Under the pieces are notes generated by a model that saw only the letters and a list, made by a program, of their open reading frames with translations, was not told where the DNA came from and ran no database searches. Shown here in pieces: positions 14,163 through 26,870 of a stretch of 64,000 nt of DNA. A program made the position numbers and the translations under genes. This DNA is from Chiloscyllium plagiosum (Eukaryota). Numbering within the stretch: the first letter of the stretch is position 1; every line of letters begins with the position of its first letter. The stretch covers positions 7,684,695 through 7,748,694 of the forward strand of contig NC_057754.1 of assembly GCF_004010195.1 (NCBI RefSeq). Reading direction: 5' to 3'.

Positions 14163-14656
14163 AACTGTTATGACCCGGGGCTAAACCCCTTTGCTAATTT
14201 AAAAACCAGCAACACAGAAAAGATTTATCCCGTGCAGTAATCTGTGAAAATCCGATAAGCCAAGAACTAGTTAAAGTAAAAATTAGCAACTTTATTTCTT
14301 AAAGTATAAGAGAAAATAATTAACTAACAACTATTTACAAGTCTTTCCTCAAACCTATCTTTTACCTTCCCCTTTGTGGGAGATTTGTTATAACCAAAGC
14401 AGCCATCTTGTCACATATTAAAAGGCTGGAATCCATTTTAAATCTCATATTAGTGACTGCTTGTTAAGTTTGTACATACCCAGGCCCAGTACAAGAGTTG
14501 GCAGGTCATGCTACAGTTGTACTGACCTTGCAGCTGTCCTAGAACCTGATAGTGACCTCTTTCCCAGCATGAGAATGTTCTTCTTTTACAAGAATCTGTT
14601 TTAATATTAACACTTGCTTATCAGCTATCAACTAGCACTATCTAGACACTATGTGA

Positions 14657-14912
14657 TTCGGAGATGCCGGTGTTGGACAGGGGTGTACAAAGTTAAAAAT
14701 CACAAAACACCAGGTTATAGTCCAACAGGTTTAATTGGAAGCACACTAGCTTTCGGAGCGACGCTCCTTCATCAGGTGATTGTGGAGGGCTCGATCGTGT
14801 GTTACGATCGAGCCCTCCACAATCACCTGATGAAGGAGCGTCGCTCCGAAAGCTAGTGTGCTTCCGATTAAACCTGTTGGACTATAACCTGGTGTTGTGT
14901 GATTTTTAACTT
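14657..14912. mobile_element. Short fold-back insertion, second hammerhead-bearing family
   Basis: ~110-bp inverted arms around cgatcgtgtgttacgatcg; 14-bp TSD tagacactatgtga at 14643-14656 and 14913-14926. Confidence 0.85.
14821..14869 (+). ncRNA. Type I hammerhead ribozyme with stem I
   Basis: aatcac-CTGATGA-A-GGAGC-gtc-GCTCC-GAAA-GCTA-gtg-[tgcttccg]-att; stem I = aat.cac/gtg..att with an internal loop; a mirror copy lies on the - strand. Confidence 0.7.
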
Positions 14913-15324
14913 TAGACACTATGTGACTGAGACTAGTGACTGAACAAAGTGTCCATTTACTCATTATACTATAATTAACTGTTTGCTAATTGTTAAATGA
15001 TTGTAACCAATATAATCACGCAACTCTCCGTATCTTGTTGGAGTGACTCCGCAGCCTTGTACCTCCAAAGCATTGGATTGTGTCATTGGCTTTCAAGGTT
15101 GTCAATATACTAAATCCAAATTTGATTGGAGTTTGGTATTTGTTTTGTGGTATACTTAAACTGATTGGCCCAATTCAAATCTGTTTCTGTCTCCAGGCAA
15201 CTAACTACCCCAGTAGCTGGACCACATGTTTACATCGTATCTTATTGAGAACGCTTGGTGCTGTCACTGCTAGCTTTTAACTCTCTTAAAGGTACAGTAC
15301 ACCTACATCTTCATGACAAATGAA

Positions 15325-16245
15325 AATCATCCTAATCTACTCAACCTCTCTTCATAACTAGTGCTCTCCATACCAATCAACATCTTAGTGAACCTCCTCT
15401 GCACCCTCTCCAAAGCATTCACATCCTTTTGGTAATGTGGCGACCAGAACTGTTCACAGTATTCCAAATGTGGCCAAACCAAAGTCTTATACAACTGTAA
15501 CATGACCTACCAGCTCTTGTACTCAATACCCCGTCCGATGAAGGAAAGTATGCCGTATGCCTTCTTGACCACTCTATTGACCTGCGTTGCCACCTTCAGG
15601 GAACAATGGACCTGAACTCACAAATCTCTCTGTACATCAATTTTCCCCAGGACTTTTCTATTTACTGTACAGTTCACTCTTGAATTGGGTCTTCCAAAAT
15701 TCCTCGCATTTGCCTGGATTGAACTCCATCTGCCATTTTTCTACCCAACTCTATCTATATTCTGCCATTTTTCTACCTAACTAATATCTATCTATATTCT
15801 GTTGTATTCTCTGATCATTCCCTTCCCTATCTGCTACTCCACCAATCTTAGTGTCATCTGCAAACGTGCCAATCAGGAAAGGTCTTCAGGACCTTTCCTG
15901 AAGAAGGGCTCATGCCCGAAACGTCGATTCTCCTGCTCCTTGGATGCTGCCTGACCTGCTGCGCTTTCCCAGCAACACGTTTTCAGCTCAAACGTGCCAA
16001 TCAAACCACTTATACCTTCCTCCAGATCATTTATGTATATCACAAATAGCAGTGGTCCCAAAACGGATCCCTGTGGAACACCACTGGTCACAGTTCTCCA
16101 TTTTGAGAAACTCCCTTCCACTACTACTTTCTGTCTCCTGTTGCCCAGCCAGTTCTCTATCCATCTAACTAGAACACCCTGGACCCCATGTGACTTCACT
16201 TTCTCCATCAGCCTACTATGGGGAATCCTATCAAACGCCTCATGG
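15325..16245 (-). mobile_element. CR1 RT fragment
   Basis: [46 protein letters not shown]. Confidence 0.9.
15876..15988 (+). mobile_element. Short hammerhead-bearing insertion in a CR1 fragment
   Basis: Core CTGAAGA-A-GGGC-tcat-GCCC-GAAA-CGTC at 15898-15925; 15-bp TSD caaacgtgccaatca at 15861-15875 and 15989-16003. Confidence 0.8.
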
Positions 16246-16659
16246 AACAGGCTTGAGGGGCTGAAGGGCCTAATGCTAAGTCCCACGTTCCTATGTTAGT
16301 AGCGTGGGTCTAACACATGATGTATCAGCCATTGTTTTAAATCCTGATTGTGCCACTAGACTCAACAGGACAGTTGTAAAGGGCTCATTCCCGGCCTGAG
16401 CTCTTTGAAGTTTGACATTTTGTAAGTGGGAAGTGCTTTGTAACTGTCTGCACTTCTGTCTCCTATGAACCTATCTTTACAACTTGACATAATATAAGAT
16501 TAAGGTGGTTTCAAAACTCATTTAACCATTAACTATAATGCACAATGAACAGCTGGACCTGACTCACTTTCCAGTAAGTATTGTTCACCAGGACCTGAAA
16601 CTGAGATAAGTAAACATAACCCATTCAGTTTAGCACAGGCAACATTTGCTGTCAAATTG

Positions 16660-17800
16660 TTTTCACTTTTCCTACACCGCTCCCCTCCTCAAATCTCCCT
16701 CTTCCCTCCCATCTCTCATCTCCACTCGCCTCTATCTCACTCCCATTTCTCCCAACCCTGTTTCACTTATTGTCCCTCTCTCTCTCTGTCTCCAATCTGC
16801 CATTTCTTATCTCCCGAATTCTTTGTCACTTGCACTTGTCCTGTCCCCCATTTCTTTCAATATTCCTCCACTCACATTTCCTCATTATCCCCCTACATGC
16901 TCCCATACACCCACCACTCCATATCTTTCACTCCTGCTCTATGTCTGCTCCCCCACTCCCCTCTCTTTTTCCTCCACTCACTGTCTTCCTGTCTCCACCC
17001 ACTTTCTTTTTTTACCTCCCTCCCAATGTTCCCATTTCACTGTAATTCTGTTATACACCCAATCCCACCTATTCAGCCTCACCATTGCACTATATCTTAC
17101 CCTCACCCACCCTCACCCTCTATCCTATCTCATTGTCCGGTACCCACTCCCAGGCTCTCCTGATCCCGTTCCTGCTCCCAGTGTCTCCTAATGCTGCTCC
17201 CACCCCAAAATTCTCTTATTCCGGTTCCCTCTCCCAGACCATCCTGATCCTGTTCCTGATCTTAGGCTCTCCTAGTCTATTTCCCACTTGCAGTCTCTCT
17301 GATGCTGTTTCCATTCCCAGACTCTCCTGATCCAGTTCCTACTCCCAAACCCATCCTGATCCTGTTCCTGCTCCCAGACTGGCTTACTCCAGTTCCTGCT
17401 TCCAGTCTCTTCTAATTTTGTTCCCATTTTCAATCTGTTCTCAATCCCAGACTCTCCTGATTTAGTGACCACGCCCAGACCCTCTTAATCCTGTTCCACT
17501 CCCAGTTTCTTTTATCCCATTTCCACTCCCAGACTCTTTTAATCCTGTTCCGGTTCCCAGTCTCTCTGACCTGTTCTCACTTCCATTCTCTCCTGATTCC
17601 GTTCCCACTCACAGTCTCACCTAATCCTGTTCCTGCTCCCAGACCATCTTGACCCTGTTCCTGCTTCCAGACTCTCTTGATCCTGTTCCTACTCTCAGTC
17701 TCTTTCGATCTGTTCTCATTTCCCATCTCTCCTGATCCTGTTCCCCCTGTCAGTCTCACCTAATCCTGTTCCCACTCCTGGCCTCTCTTGATCCTGTTCA
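16660..17800. repeat. Pyrimidine-rich tract and degenerate minisatellite
   Basis: CT-rich at 16660-17130; gatcctgttcctgctcccagactctc-like units at 17130-17800. Confidence 0.8.
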
Positions 17801-19904
17801 CTCACCTGGTCTAATTCTTGGTCCCTTCCAATCCTCACTCCTGGACCCCGGCCCTGTCCTACTCCCAAGACCTTAGGTTGGGCAACGTCAATCAGGAATT
17901 TCCCTGGTGATGTTCAGACTGTTTTCCAGCCTTGACTAAGTTGAGAGCTTCTTCCCCATAGCAAAACATGTGGGAAATGTGTCAGCTCCACTCTCCTGCT
18001 GTAATGACCAGACACTTCCAACCCTCCCTCCCCAGGCCCTGTAGTCCTCTGACTGAGAGAAAGTGAACTGTTGTCATTTCCTTTCTACCCTCCTGACTGG
18101 AATTTGAGTGTTTGAAAAGTGTTTAGAAACAGGCACTTGCTTATACGCAGCCTGAATATTACTGCCAACAGAGACCAAACTTTTTCATTTTGCACTCCTC
18201 AGGGGCAATGCAAGAACGCCAAATTTGAAATATCAGGACAATTTACACTATAGTATAGCTGATGCCTTGACAGCACCTCAGCCAATCAAGTCAACAATCA
18301 GTCAACCAGCGTCAACTTTCCCACCAATCATCGACCTTCTTTCCTGCAGTGCGCATTATTTGAAATTTGACACTCTTGCATTTTGTCCTGAAATGCGCAA
18401 AATGGAATCTTCGGCGACGAGGAAGGAGGAAAATTCATGTCCCAATCTCCACCGAGCAGATCTCTTTGCCGCCTTCCTCTCCCCATTCCCCATTCCCCAC
18501 CCCAGTCCGTATCCAGGAAGATCGCCGCTCAGAGTTTCTTGACAGTGAATGGGAAGTGCTTCCTTTCGAGAGCACGGGAACCAATTTACAGGAAGAAGCC
18601 GTAGGCTGAATTTCACTGAAACCCTGCAGAGATCCTCTTTAGCAAATATCACTTCCCTCTCCGAGCTATTTCTGGAAACATTTCGCCTTGCCAAGAATCT
18701 GTGGAGCAGTTGCAGTATCAAATTCTGAACAGCATGACTCAAAGGTTAATCAACTCAAACTCAACAGGGCTGCACTGTAACTCACGTGCTCATTTTGAGA
18801 AATGGAAGGGGGACCTGCATTTCTCTGGCGCCTGTCCGGTGACTTTTGGGATGTCGCCTCTCCGCTGATGGAGCATTTAAGAAGCAAGAGCAGGCCATCT
18901 GACCCATTGAGCCCGCTCTGCTATTCCATAAGACTGTGGCTGGTCTTTTCGTGGAATCAGCTCCATTTTCAGACACATCCTGAAAAAAACACCCCGCAAA
19001 CAACAAAGTAGCAGCGGACCATATCACTCCTCATGGGATAAATATTCACCCCAGAACTTTCTGATTGAGCGATCTGAAATATATTACTGCTGGGCTGAGG
19101 GATGGCAACTAGAACAACTATCACTGATGTTTGTTGTAAAAATCGCCACCTGGTTCACGAATGGGGAAGGAAATCAGCTGTCCTTACCTCGGTCTGGGCC
19201 TACATGTGACTCCAGTTCCAGAGTTACCCCTTAACCGCCCCCTGCAATGGCTGAGGGAAGCCATTTGGTTTGAGGGGCAATTAGGGACAGGTGGCAAACG
19301 CAGGCCTCACCAGCCTCCACATCTTGATGGGGCAACGTAAAGTTTTACATCCACCCGAGGAGGCAACTGGGGAGGGCCTCTTCTTAAAGGCTCCTCTGAC
19401 AGTGTGGCACGCCACCATATGGCACTGAGTCCCTGGAGCAGAGATCGAACCAACCACATATTTCCAATCAGCCATGATTTCATTGACTGGCGGAATAGAC
19501 TCGATGGCCTGATTGGCTATCTTCACTCCGACGTCATACTGAGGCATGGTTGATATCTGAGGTCATCAACTACTACTTTTGATGCCCTGTGTGAGTCTTT
19601 TAACAAATGGAAAAGATGGTTCTGTGTTCACCCATGGATTCCATTTCTGTTGCGCCTTCTAGCCTGACAAGGCGACCCACAGTGCTTCGCAAGAGGAAAT
19701 ATTTGGCACTGAACCACACTGCGAAATGCTGGGGGGCAAGTCCACCAAAAGATCACTCAAAGTGATCAGTGTTAAGAGACATTTCAAAACAAGAGAGAGA
19801 GTAAAACAGTAAAGGTTTCAGAGGGAATTGCAGAACTTAGGGCCCCATGCAGTTGTAGGCAACCAATGAATTAGCGATTAAAATCAGAAAACTCTCAGGA
19901 ATTC

Positions 19905-20510
19905 ATAGAATTCGGCCCATCAAGTCCACGCTGACCGTCCAAAGAGCATCCACTCAGACTCGCTTCATCTCTGTTACCCTGCATTTCCCATGGCTAACTC
20001 AACCATCTCAGGGCTCTATGGGACAATTTAGCATGGCCAATCCACCCTAACCTGCACATCCCTGGGCACTATGGGACAATTTAGCACGGCCAATCCACCC
20101 TAACCTGCACATTTCTAGGCACTATGGGACAATTTAGTACGGCCAATCCACCCTAATCTGCACATCTCTGGGCACTATGGGACAATTTAGTACGGCCAAT
20201 CCACCCTAACCTGCACATCCCAGGGCACTATGGGACAATTTAGTACGGCCAATCCACCCTAACCTGTACATCCCAGGGCACTATGGGGCAATATAGCACG
20301 GCCAATCCACCCTAACCTGCACATCCCTGGGCACTATGGGGCAATTTAGCATGGCCAATCCACCCTGACCTGCACATCTTTGGGACTGTGGGAGGAAACT
20401 GAAGCCCCCTGGAGGAAACCCACACAAACACAGGAAAAGCCATGCAAACTTCACACAGACAGTCGCCTGAGGAACCCAAGTCCCCAGCAGCAGTGCTAAT
20501 CGTGCTGCCA
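19905..20510 (-). mobile_element. V-SINE with 7 tandem copies of a 53-bp central unit
   Basis: ctatgggacaatttagcatggccaatccaccctaacctgcacatccctgggca repeated from 20016 at 53-bp spacing. Confidence 0.85.
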
Positions 20511-20796
20511 TTAGGGAGGGATGAAGATTTTACAACCAAGGCTTCACCAGGGGCTGGTGTCAATATAGATCAGTGAGCACGCTGTGGTGCAGGGTGACAT
20601 TACTGGAAGCAGAGATTTGGGACCACTCGGAATTGGTGTAGTGTTGGGAGACCGGCTAAAGGAGGATGAGGTGAGTAAAAAGGGTATTGGATCGTTCAAT
20701 GGTGTTGAATGACAGGGGCAGACTTGAAGGACTGAATGGCCTACTCCTGCTCCAAAGTTCCTTAGCCCATTGGGATAATCAGTGATTAGTGTCAGA

Positions 20797-21025
20797 GTCG
20801 ATAAAGTGTGGAGCTGGAAAAAGCACAGCAAGATAAGAGGCATTAGAGGAGCAGGAGAGTTGACATTTCAGTTGAAGAGTTGACTCTTTGTCAGGACTGA
20901 TGAAGGATCTGACCTGAAATATCAACTCTCCTGCTCCTCCGATGCGTCTTGACTTGCTGTGCTTTTTCCAGCTCCACACTTTATCGACTCTGACTTGCCA
21001 GCATCTGCGGCCCTCACTATCTGCA
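20797..21025. mobile_element. Fold-back hammerhead-family insertion
   Basis: Inverted arms; degenerate CTGATGA..GAAA at the pivot; imperfect 16-bp TSD at 20781-20796 and 21026-21041. Confidence 0.7.
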
Positions 21026-21771
21026 AGTGATTGGCGTCAGACACCCTCACTCAGTTAGAGGCAGAGATCAAACTCGTGCTGAGACAGTAGGAAGAGAGTC
21101 TCCTTGAAGTGTTGGTCAGCTATTGTCGCTGGAGCTTGCGACATGCTCAGCAGTCGGATGATCAACAAGATCAGATCACTAATCATCCTGAGGACAATTC
21201 CAAACCCAAGAGGGAAGTGAGACCAACAGAGCTAGAAGCAGTGGTTGTTTGAGGGGATTTGGACCACATGGCCCAAACCTCAGTTCCATCGCTGAACTTC
21301 TGCTTTTTCTAAGCCTTGTTGCCAGGGAGATGGCTTGTTTCACGGTGTTACCGAGCTGCAAGTTAAGTCAAATGGGTCACTTTTGAGATGCACCTTAAGG
21401 GAGGAGGGAGAGTGGTGGAGACGTTTGGAAAATGAGAGAGAAAGTAGGCCACCCAGCCTCTTGACCTGGCCTGATTTTCAGCCGATCACGATGGAATTTC
21501 TCCCTCAGCAACATTTTCCCATTCTATCCCCAACTTCCTCAACATTTTTAATATCTAGTTATCTGTCAACCATTGCCTTTTATACACCCAATAACTACTC
21601 CTTACAACAGAGAGACCACAGCAGTTGGAAATGGAAGAGTGAGTGGTGACCTTATTGAAACATGTAAGATTCTGAGGGGTCTAGGTGGGATAGACATGGA
21701 GAGGCTGTTTCACCTTGTCAGAGAGTCTAGGGCCAGAGGTCGTCATCTCAGATTGACGGCTCACCCATTTA

Positions 21772-22115
21772 GGGTGGATCGGTGGTTAGCACTGCCTCAC
21801 AGTGCCAGAGACTCCGGTTCGATTCCATCCTCGGGTGACTGTCTGTGCAGTGTTTGCACATTCGCCCTGTGTCTGCCTGGGTTTCCTCCGGGTGCTCCGG
21901 TTTCCTCCAACAGTCCAGAGATGTGCAGGTTAGGTGGTGGATTCACTGTACTAAGTTGCCTGTTGTGTCCAGGCATGTGTGGGCTACGTGTGTTAGCCAT
22001 GGGAAATGAAGGGTTACAAGGATAGCTTAAGGAGTGGGTCTGGGTGGGATGCTCTTCGGAGGATTGGTGATGATGGCTGAACAGGCTGCTTCCGCACTTT
22101 TGGGACTCTATGATT
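21772..22115 (+). mobile_element. V-SINE
   Basis: gtggttagcactgcctcacag..ggttcgattcc..gtgcaggttagg. Confidence 0.8.
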
Positions 22116-22849
22116 TAAGATGTGGATAAGTAGGAATTTCTTCTCTCAAAGTTGGGGGGGGGGGGTGCATCTGTAGAATTCTTTACAATAGATGGCAGTG
22201 GAGGCTGGATCATTAAGTATTTTCAAGACTGAGATAGTTTTTTAATCAGGAAGGGGAATTGAAGGGGAGGGGGTGAAAGTAAGAAAGTAGTGTTGAGGAT
22301 GATCAGATTAACCATGATCTTATTGAGTAGCGGAATAGACGTGATGGGCTGAATGGCCTACATCTGCTCCTGTGCTTTACAGTGTTAAGAAGGAAGCTCA
22401 GCACCACCGTCACCTGCTCGATGGCAATTGGAAGTTGGACCATGAGCGAAGCCTGGTCAGCGATGCACACAATCTAAAAATGAAACTTAAAACGCTAAAC
22501 AACTGAATCTCCTGTGGGACAGAGTATTCCAAAAATTCACCCTTCCCCCCGCCTCTGAGTGAAGAAACTTACCTCAACTCAGTCCAAAATGGCCGATCAC
22601 TTACCCAGTAGTCACCCAGTTGTAGACCCTCCCCCATGCCCCCTCACACACAGCTCGGGGAATTGTCACTCCCCACTCGAGACCATTTTTCTCCCATCTC
22701 ATTCGATGTTATAATATTTCAAGTGCTCATCCAAATAATTTTTAAAGTTTGTAAGGTTTCCGACCTACCTTTCCAGGCAGTGCCTTCCCAACCCCCTCTG
22801 AGTGAAAACATTTTATTCGCGATTCCCCTCTGAATCTCCTGCCCTTTAC

Positions 22850-23200
22850 CCTGCTCTCCTTCCTATTGGAAGGATGTTGTGAAACTTGAAAGGGTTCAGA
22901 AAAGATTTACAAGGACGTTGTGAGGGTTGGAGGGTTTGAGCTATAGGGAGAGGCTGAACAGGCTGGGGCTGTTTTCCCTGGAGCGTCGGAGGCTGAGGGG
23001 TGACCTTATAGAGGTTTTCAAATTATGAGGGGCATGGACAGGGTAAATAGGCAAGGTCTTTTCCCTGGGGTCGGGGAATCCAGAACTAGAGGGCATAGGT
23101 TTAGGGTGAGAAGGGAAAGATATAAAAGAGACCTAAGGGGCAACTTTTTCACACAGAGAGTGGTACGGGTATGGAATGAGCTGCCAGAGGATGTGGTGGA
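22850..23200 (+). mobile_element. CR1 3' fragment (runs into a gap)
   Basis: Same ORF2 C-terminus as 1-737. Confidence 0.85.
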
Positions 23201-23943
23201 NNNNNNNNNNNNNNNNNNNNNNNNNNNNNNNNNNNNNNNNNNNNNNNNNNNNNNNNNNNNNNNNNNNNNNNNNNNNNNNNNNNNNNNNNNNNNNNNNNNN
23301 NNNNNNNNNNNNNNNNNNNNNNNNNNNNNNNNNNNNNNNNNNNNNNNNNNNNNNNNNNNNNNNNNNNNNNNNNNNNNNNNNNNNNNNNNNNNNNNNNNNN
23401 NNNNNNNNNNNNNNNNNNNNNNNNNNNNNNNNNNNNNNNNNNNNNNNNNNNNNNNNNNNNNNNNNNNNNNNNNNNNNNNNNNNNNNNNNNNNNNNNNNNN
23501 NNNNNNNNNNNNNNNNNNNNNNNNNNNNNNNNNNNNNNNNNNNNNNNNNNNNNNNNNNNNNNNNNNNNNNNNNNNNNNNNNNNNNNNNNNNNNNNNNNNN
23601 NNNNNNNNNNNNNNNNNNNNNNNNNNNNNNNNNNNNNNNNNNNNNNNNNNNNNNNNNNNNNNNNNNNNNNNNNNNNNNNNNNNNNNNNNNNNNNNNNNNN
23701 NNNNNNNNNNNNNNNNNNNNNNNNNNNNNNNNNNNNNNNNNNNNNNNNNNNNNNNNNNNNNNNNNNNNNNNNNNNNNNNNNNNNNNNNNNNNNNNNNNNN
23801 NNNNNNNNNNNNNNNNNNNNNNNNNNNNNNNNNNNNNNNNNNNNNNNNNNNNNNNNNNNNNNNNNNNNNNNNNNNNNNNNNNNNNNNNNNNNNNNNNNNN
23901 NNNNNNNNNNNNNNNNNNNNNNNNNNNNNNNNNNNNNNNNNNN

Positions 23944-24440
23944 NTCGTCGTGTTGTCATGGTCTGGCGATGGAGGAGTCCAAGGACCTGCATGTCCTTGG
24001 TGGAGTGGGAGGGGGAGTTGAAGTGTTGAGCCAAGGGGTGGTTGGGTTGGTTGGTGTGGGTGTCCCAGAGGTGTTCTCTGAAAACATTCCGCAAGTAGGT
24101 GGCCTGTCTCCCCAATGTAGAGGAGGCCACATCGAGTGCAGCGGATGCAATAAATGATGTGTGTGGAGGTGCAGGTGAATTGTTGCGGATATGGAAGGAT
24201 CCCTTGGGGCCTTGGAGGGAAGTAAGGGAGGAGGTGTGGGCGCAAGTTTTGCATTTCTTGCGGTTGCAGGGGAAGGTGCCGGGAGTTGAGGTTGGGTTGG
24301 GGGGGGGGGGGTGTGGACCTGATGAGGGAGTCACGGAGGAAGTGGTCTTTTCAGAACGCTGATAGGGGAGGGGAGGGAAATATATCCCTGGTGGTGGGGT
24401 CCGTTTGGAGGTGGCGGAAATGATGACGGATGATACGATG
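23944..24440 (-). mobile_element. Penelope-like GIY-YIG fragment
   Basis: PGTFPCNRKKCKTC; FTCTSTHIIYCIRCTRCGLLYIGETG; FREH..AQHFNSPSH. Confidence 0.85.
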
Positions 24441-24974
24441 GTTTCATGTCACGCAAGGCCCAGGGTGGGGTGGGGAGCTACACCAGGGCCTTAAGGCTCT
24501 CAGGGTGCCCCTGCAGTGCCCGCAGATTGGTTTCTGCCTCTGCCAGAGAGAGATAAGGCACCCACAATCTGCACCTCAATTTTAACATAATCTGCCTGTT
24601 ATGTTTTTTTTTCAGTTTTAACTGTGGGAATCGCTGATAAGGGCAGCACTTGCAAGACCATAACGTATAGGAGCAGAATTAGGTCATTTGGCCCATCAGG
24701 TCTGCCAATCCTTAATTGCCCCTTGAATCAAGTGCCTCACTCAGCCATTGCAGGGAGCGGTTAAGAGTTGACCATGTCACTGTGGATCTGGAGTCACGTG
24801 TAAGCAAGGATGGCAGATTTCCTTCCCTAAATGGCATGAATGAACCAGATGGGTCTTTTACAACAATTTAATGATAGTTCATGGCCACCATTACTGTGAC
24901 AAGATTTCAATTCCAGGTTTATTCACTGAATTAAAACTCCCCCCAGATGCCATGGTGGGATTTGAACTCCTGTC

Positions 24975-26040
24975 ATGGAGTTGACCAGCACGGAAACAGA
25001 CCCTTTGGCCCTACCTGTACATGCTGACTAGGTTTCCTAAAGTGAACTAGTCCTATTTGCCTGCATTTGGCCCATATCCCTCTAAACCTTTCCTATCCAT
25101 GTGTCTATCTAAACATCCTTTAAATGTTGTATTTGTACCTGCCTCTACCACTTCCTCTGGCAGCTCGGTTCATATAGAAGCCACCCTCTTTGTGAAAGAA
25201 TTGCCCCTCAGGTCCTTTTTAAATCTTTCCCCTCTCACCTTCAACCTATGCCCTTTAGATTTGGACTCCCCTACGCTTGGGCATAGACCTTGGCCAATCA
25301 CCTTATCTATGCCCCTCATTATATAATAAATCTCTCTCAGGTCACTCCTCAGCCTCTAACGCTTCAAGGACACAGGCCCCAGTCTTTTCAGGCTCTCATT
25401 ATAGTCAAACCCTCTAGTCTTGTTAACAGCCTTGTATATCTTTTTTGCACCCTTTCCAGTTTAATAACATCCTTCCTAAAACAGGATGACCAGAATTGTA
25501 CACAGTACTCCAAATGTGCCCTCATAAAAAGTTTTGTGCAGCAGCAACAAGACACAGAAACATAGAAGAGAGAAGCAGGAGGAGGCCATTCGGCCCTTTG
25601 AGACTGCTCTGCCATTCATCACGATCATGGCTGATCGTCCAACTCAATAGTCGAATTCCACTTTCTCCCCATAACCTTTGACCCCATTTGCCCCAAGTGC
25701 TATATCTAACCGCCTCTTGAATACATTCAACGTTTGGGCATCAACCCCTTCCTGTGGTAATGAGTTCCACAGGCTCACCACACTTTGGGTGAAGAAATGT
25801 CTCCTCATCTCCGTCCTATATGGTCCAGTCGGAATCCTCAGACTGTGACCCCTGGTTCTGCACACACCCACCATTGGGAACATCCTCCCTGTATCTACCC
25901 TGTCTAGACCTGTTAGAATTTTATAAGTCTCTGTGAGATTCCCCTCATTTGTCTGCACTGCAGCAAAAACAATCCTAACCTAGTCAATCTCTCCTCCCAA
26001 CTCCTATACTCAGTGCTCTGACCAGTGAAGGCAAGTGTGT
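24975..26040 (-). mobile_element. Two adjacent CR1 3' fragments of different subfamilies
   Basis: HLEYCVQFWS..KDVIKLERVQ; NLTETYKILTGLDRVD..FFTQSVVSLWNSLP. Confidence 0.8.
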
Positions 26041-26531
26041 GAAAGGCCCCAAAATGGGCCTCTGAATAACTAGGCCAGGGCATTACTATGACACCAGCAT
26101 TGCATGATGGGATTGGTTAAAACAAAAACTAGTTCTGACTCCCCACCACCAGTGGAGAATTAAGTACTGGGACTGAATGGGTGAAACGACAGGGAGAGGT
26201 CACGCAGACTGAACTGTGAATGTTGAAAATCAAGGGGTGACCCAGTCAAGTTTTCAGCCGAAGAATGGAGTTGTTAGGGTTGACAGAAAGAAACGATTTC
26301 CCAGTTTCCAGCACAAGAGGGTGGAACTTTAGAACGAAAGTCAGGCCATTTGTCTGGGGGCAGGGGGAAGGGTTAGCAGGTGCCACTTCCTCACACAAAG
26401 GGGAATGGAAATCTGGAGTCCTCCCCACCCTCGAAGCAAAAGCTGTGAAAATTCGGTTGCTGCCTTTTGTTTTTTGTTTCATTACGCAGCAGCACGAGGG
26501 GTTCAGGAATCAAGTTCGGTTCATGGGGTTA

Positions 26532-26870
26532 AATCATAGAATCCCTACAATCTGGAAGCAGACCATTTGCCCATTGAGTCCACACTGATCCTCTGAAGAG
26601 CATCCCACCCTCCTGCTCTATCCTATCCCAGTAACCTTGCATTGTCCGTGGCTAACCCACCTAGCCTGCACATCCCTGGAGCAATTTAGCAATGGCCAGT
26701 CCACCTAACCTGCACATCTTTGGATTGTGGGATGAAACCAGAGCACTTGGAGGAAACCCACACAGACACAGGGAGAACATGCAAACTCCACACAACACGG
26801 TCACCCAATGGTGGAATTGAACACGGGTCCCCAGCGCTGTGAGGCAGCAGTGCGAACCATCTTGCCACCC
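26532..26870 (-). mobile_element. V-SINE
   Basis: Same family as 8678-8984. Confidence 0.8.

Larger units (their letters stand above)
9752..15318 (-). mobile_element. Decayed, 3'-truncated Gmr1-like Ty3/gypsy LTR retrotransposon
   Basis: Minus-strand order: LTR, PBS, gag (13629-13261), SCAN-like domain (13145-12840; ILLEAFKNSL..RAAELADEY), protease (RDTRSSQSL), integrase (H..LWPGMHKDV..FC; IDCVGPL; ~11961-10600), then RT (DYRKVN, KLDL..GYWQV, VMPFGMKNAPATFQRLM, YLDD at 9865-9876). Many frameshifts and stops. Confidence 0.9.
14166..15318 (-). repeat. 5' LTR of the Gmr1-like element (contains nested insertions)
   Basis: Ends TGTTATGA...TCATGACA (TG..CA inverted termini); the PBS abuts the inner edge. 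Confidence 0.65.

Noticed and set aside
16646..17330. Leu/Ser/Pro-rich ORFs
   Set aside because: Low-complexity pyrimidine tract.
23018..24334. Long ORFs of 280-438 aa (similar cases at 45143-45979 and 60033-60774)
   Set aside because: Artefacts of reading through N-gaps between transposon fragments.
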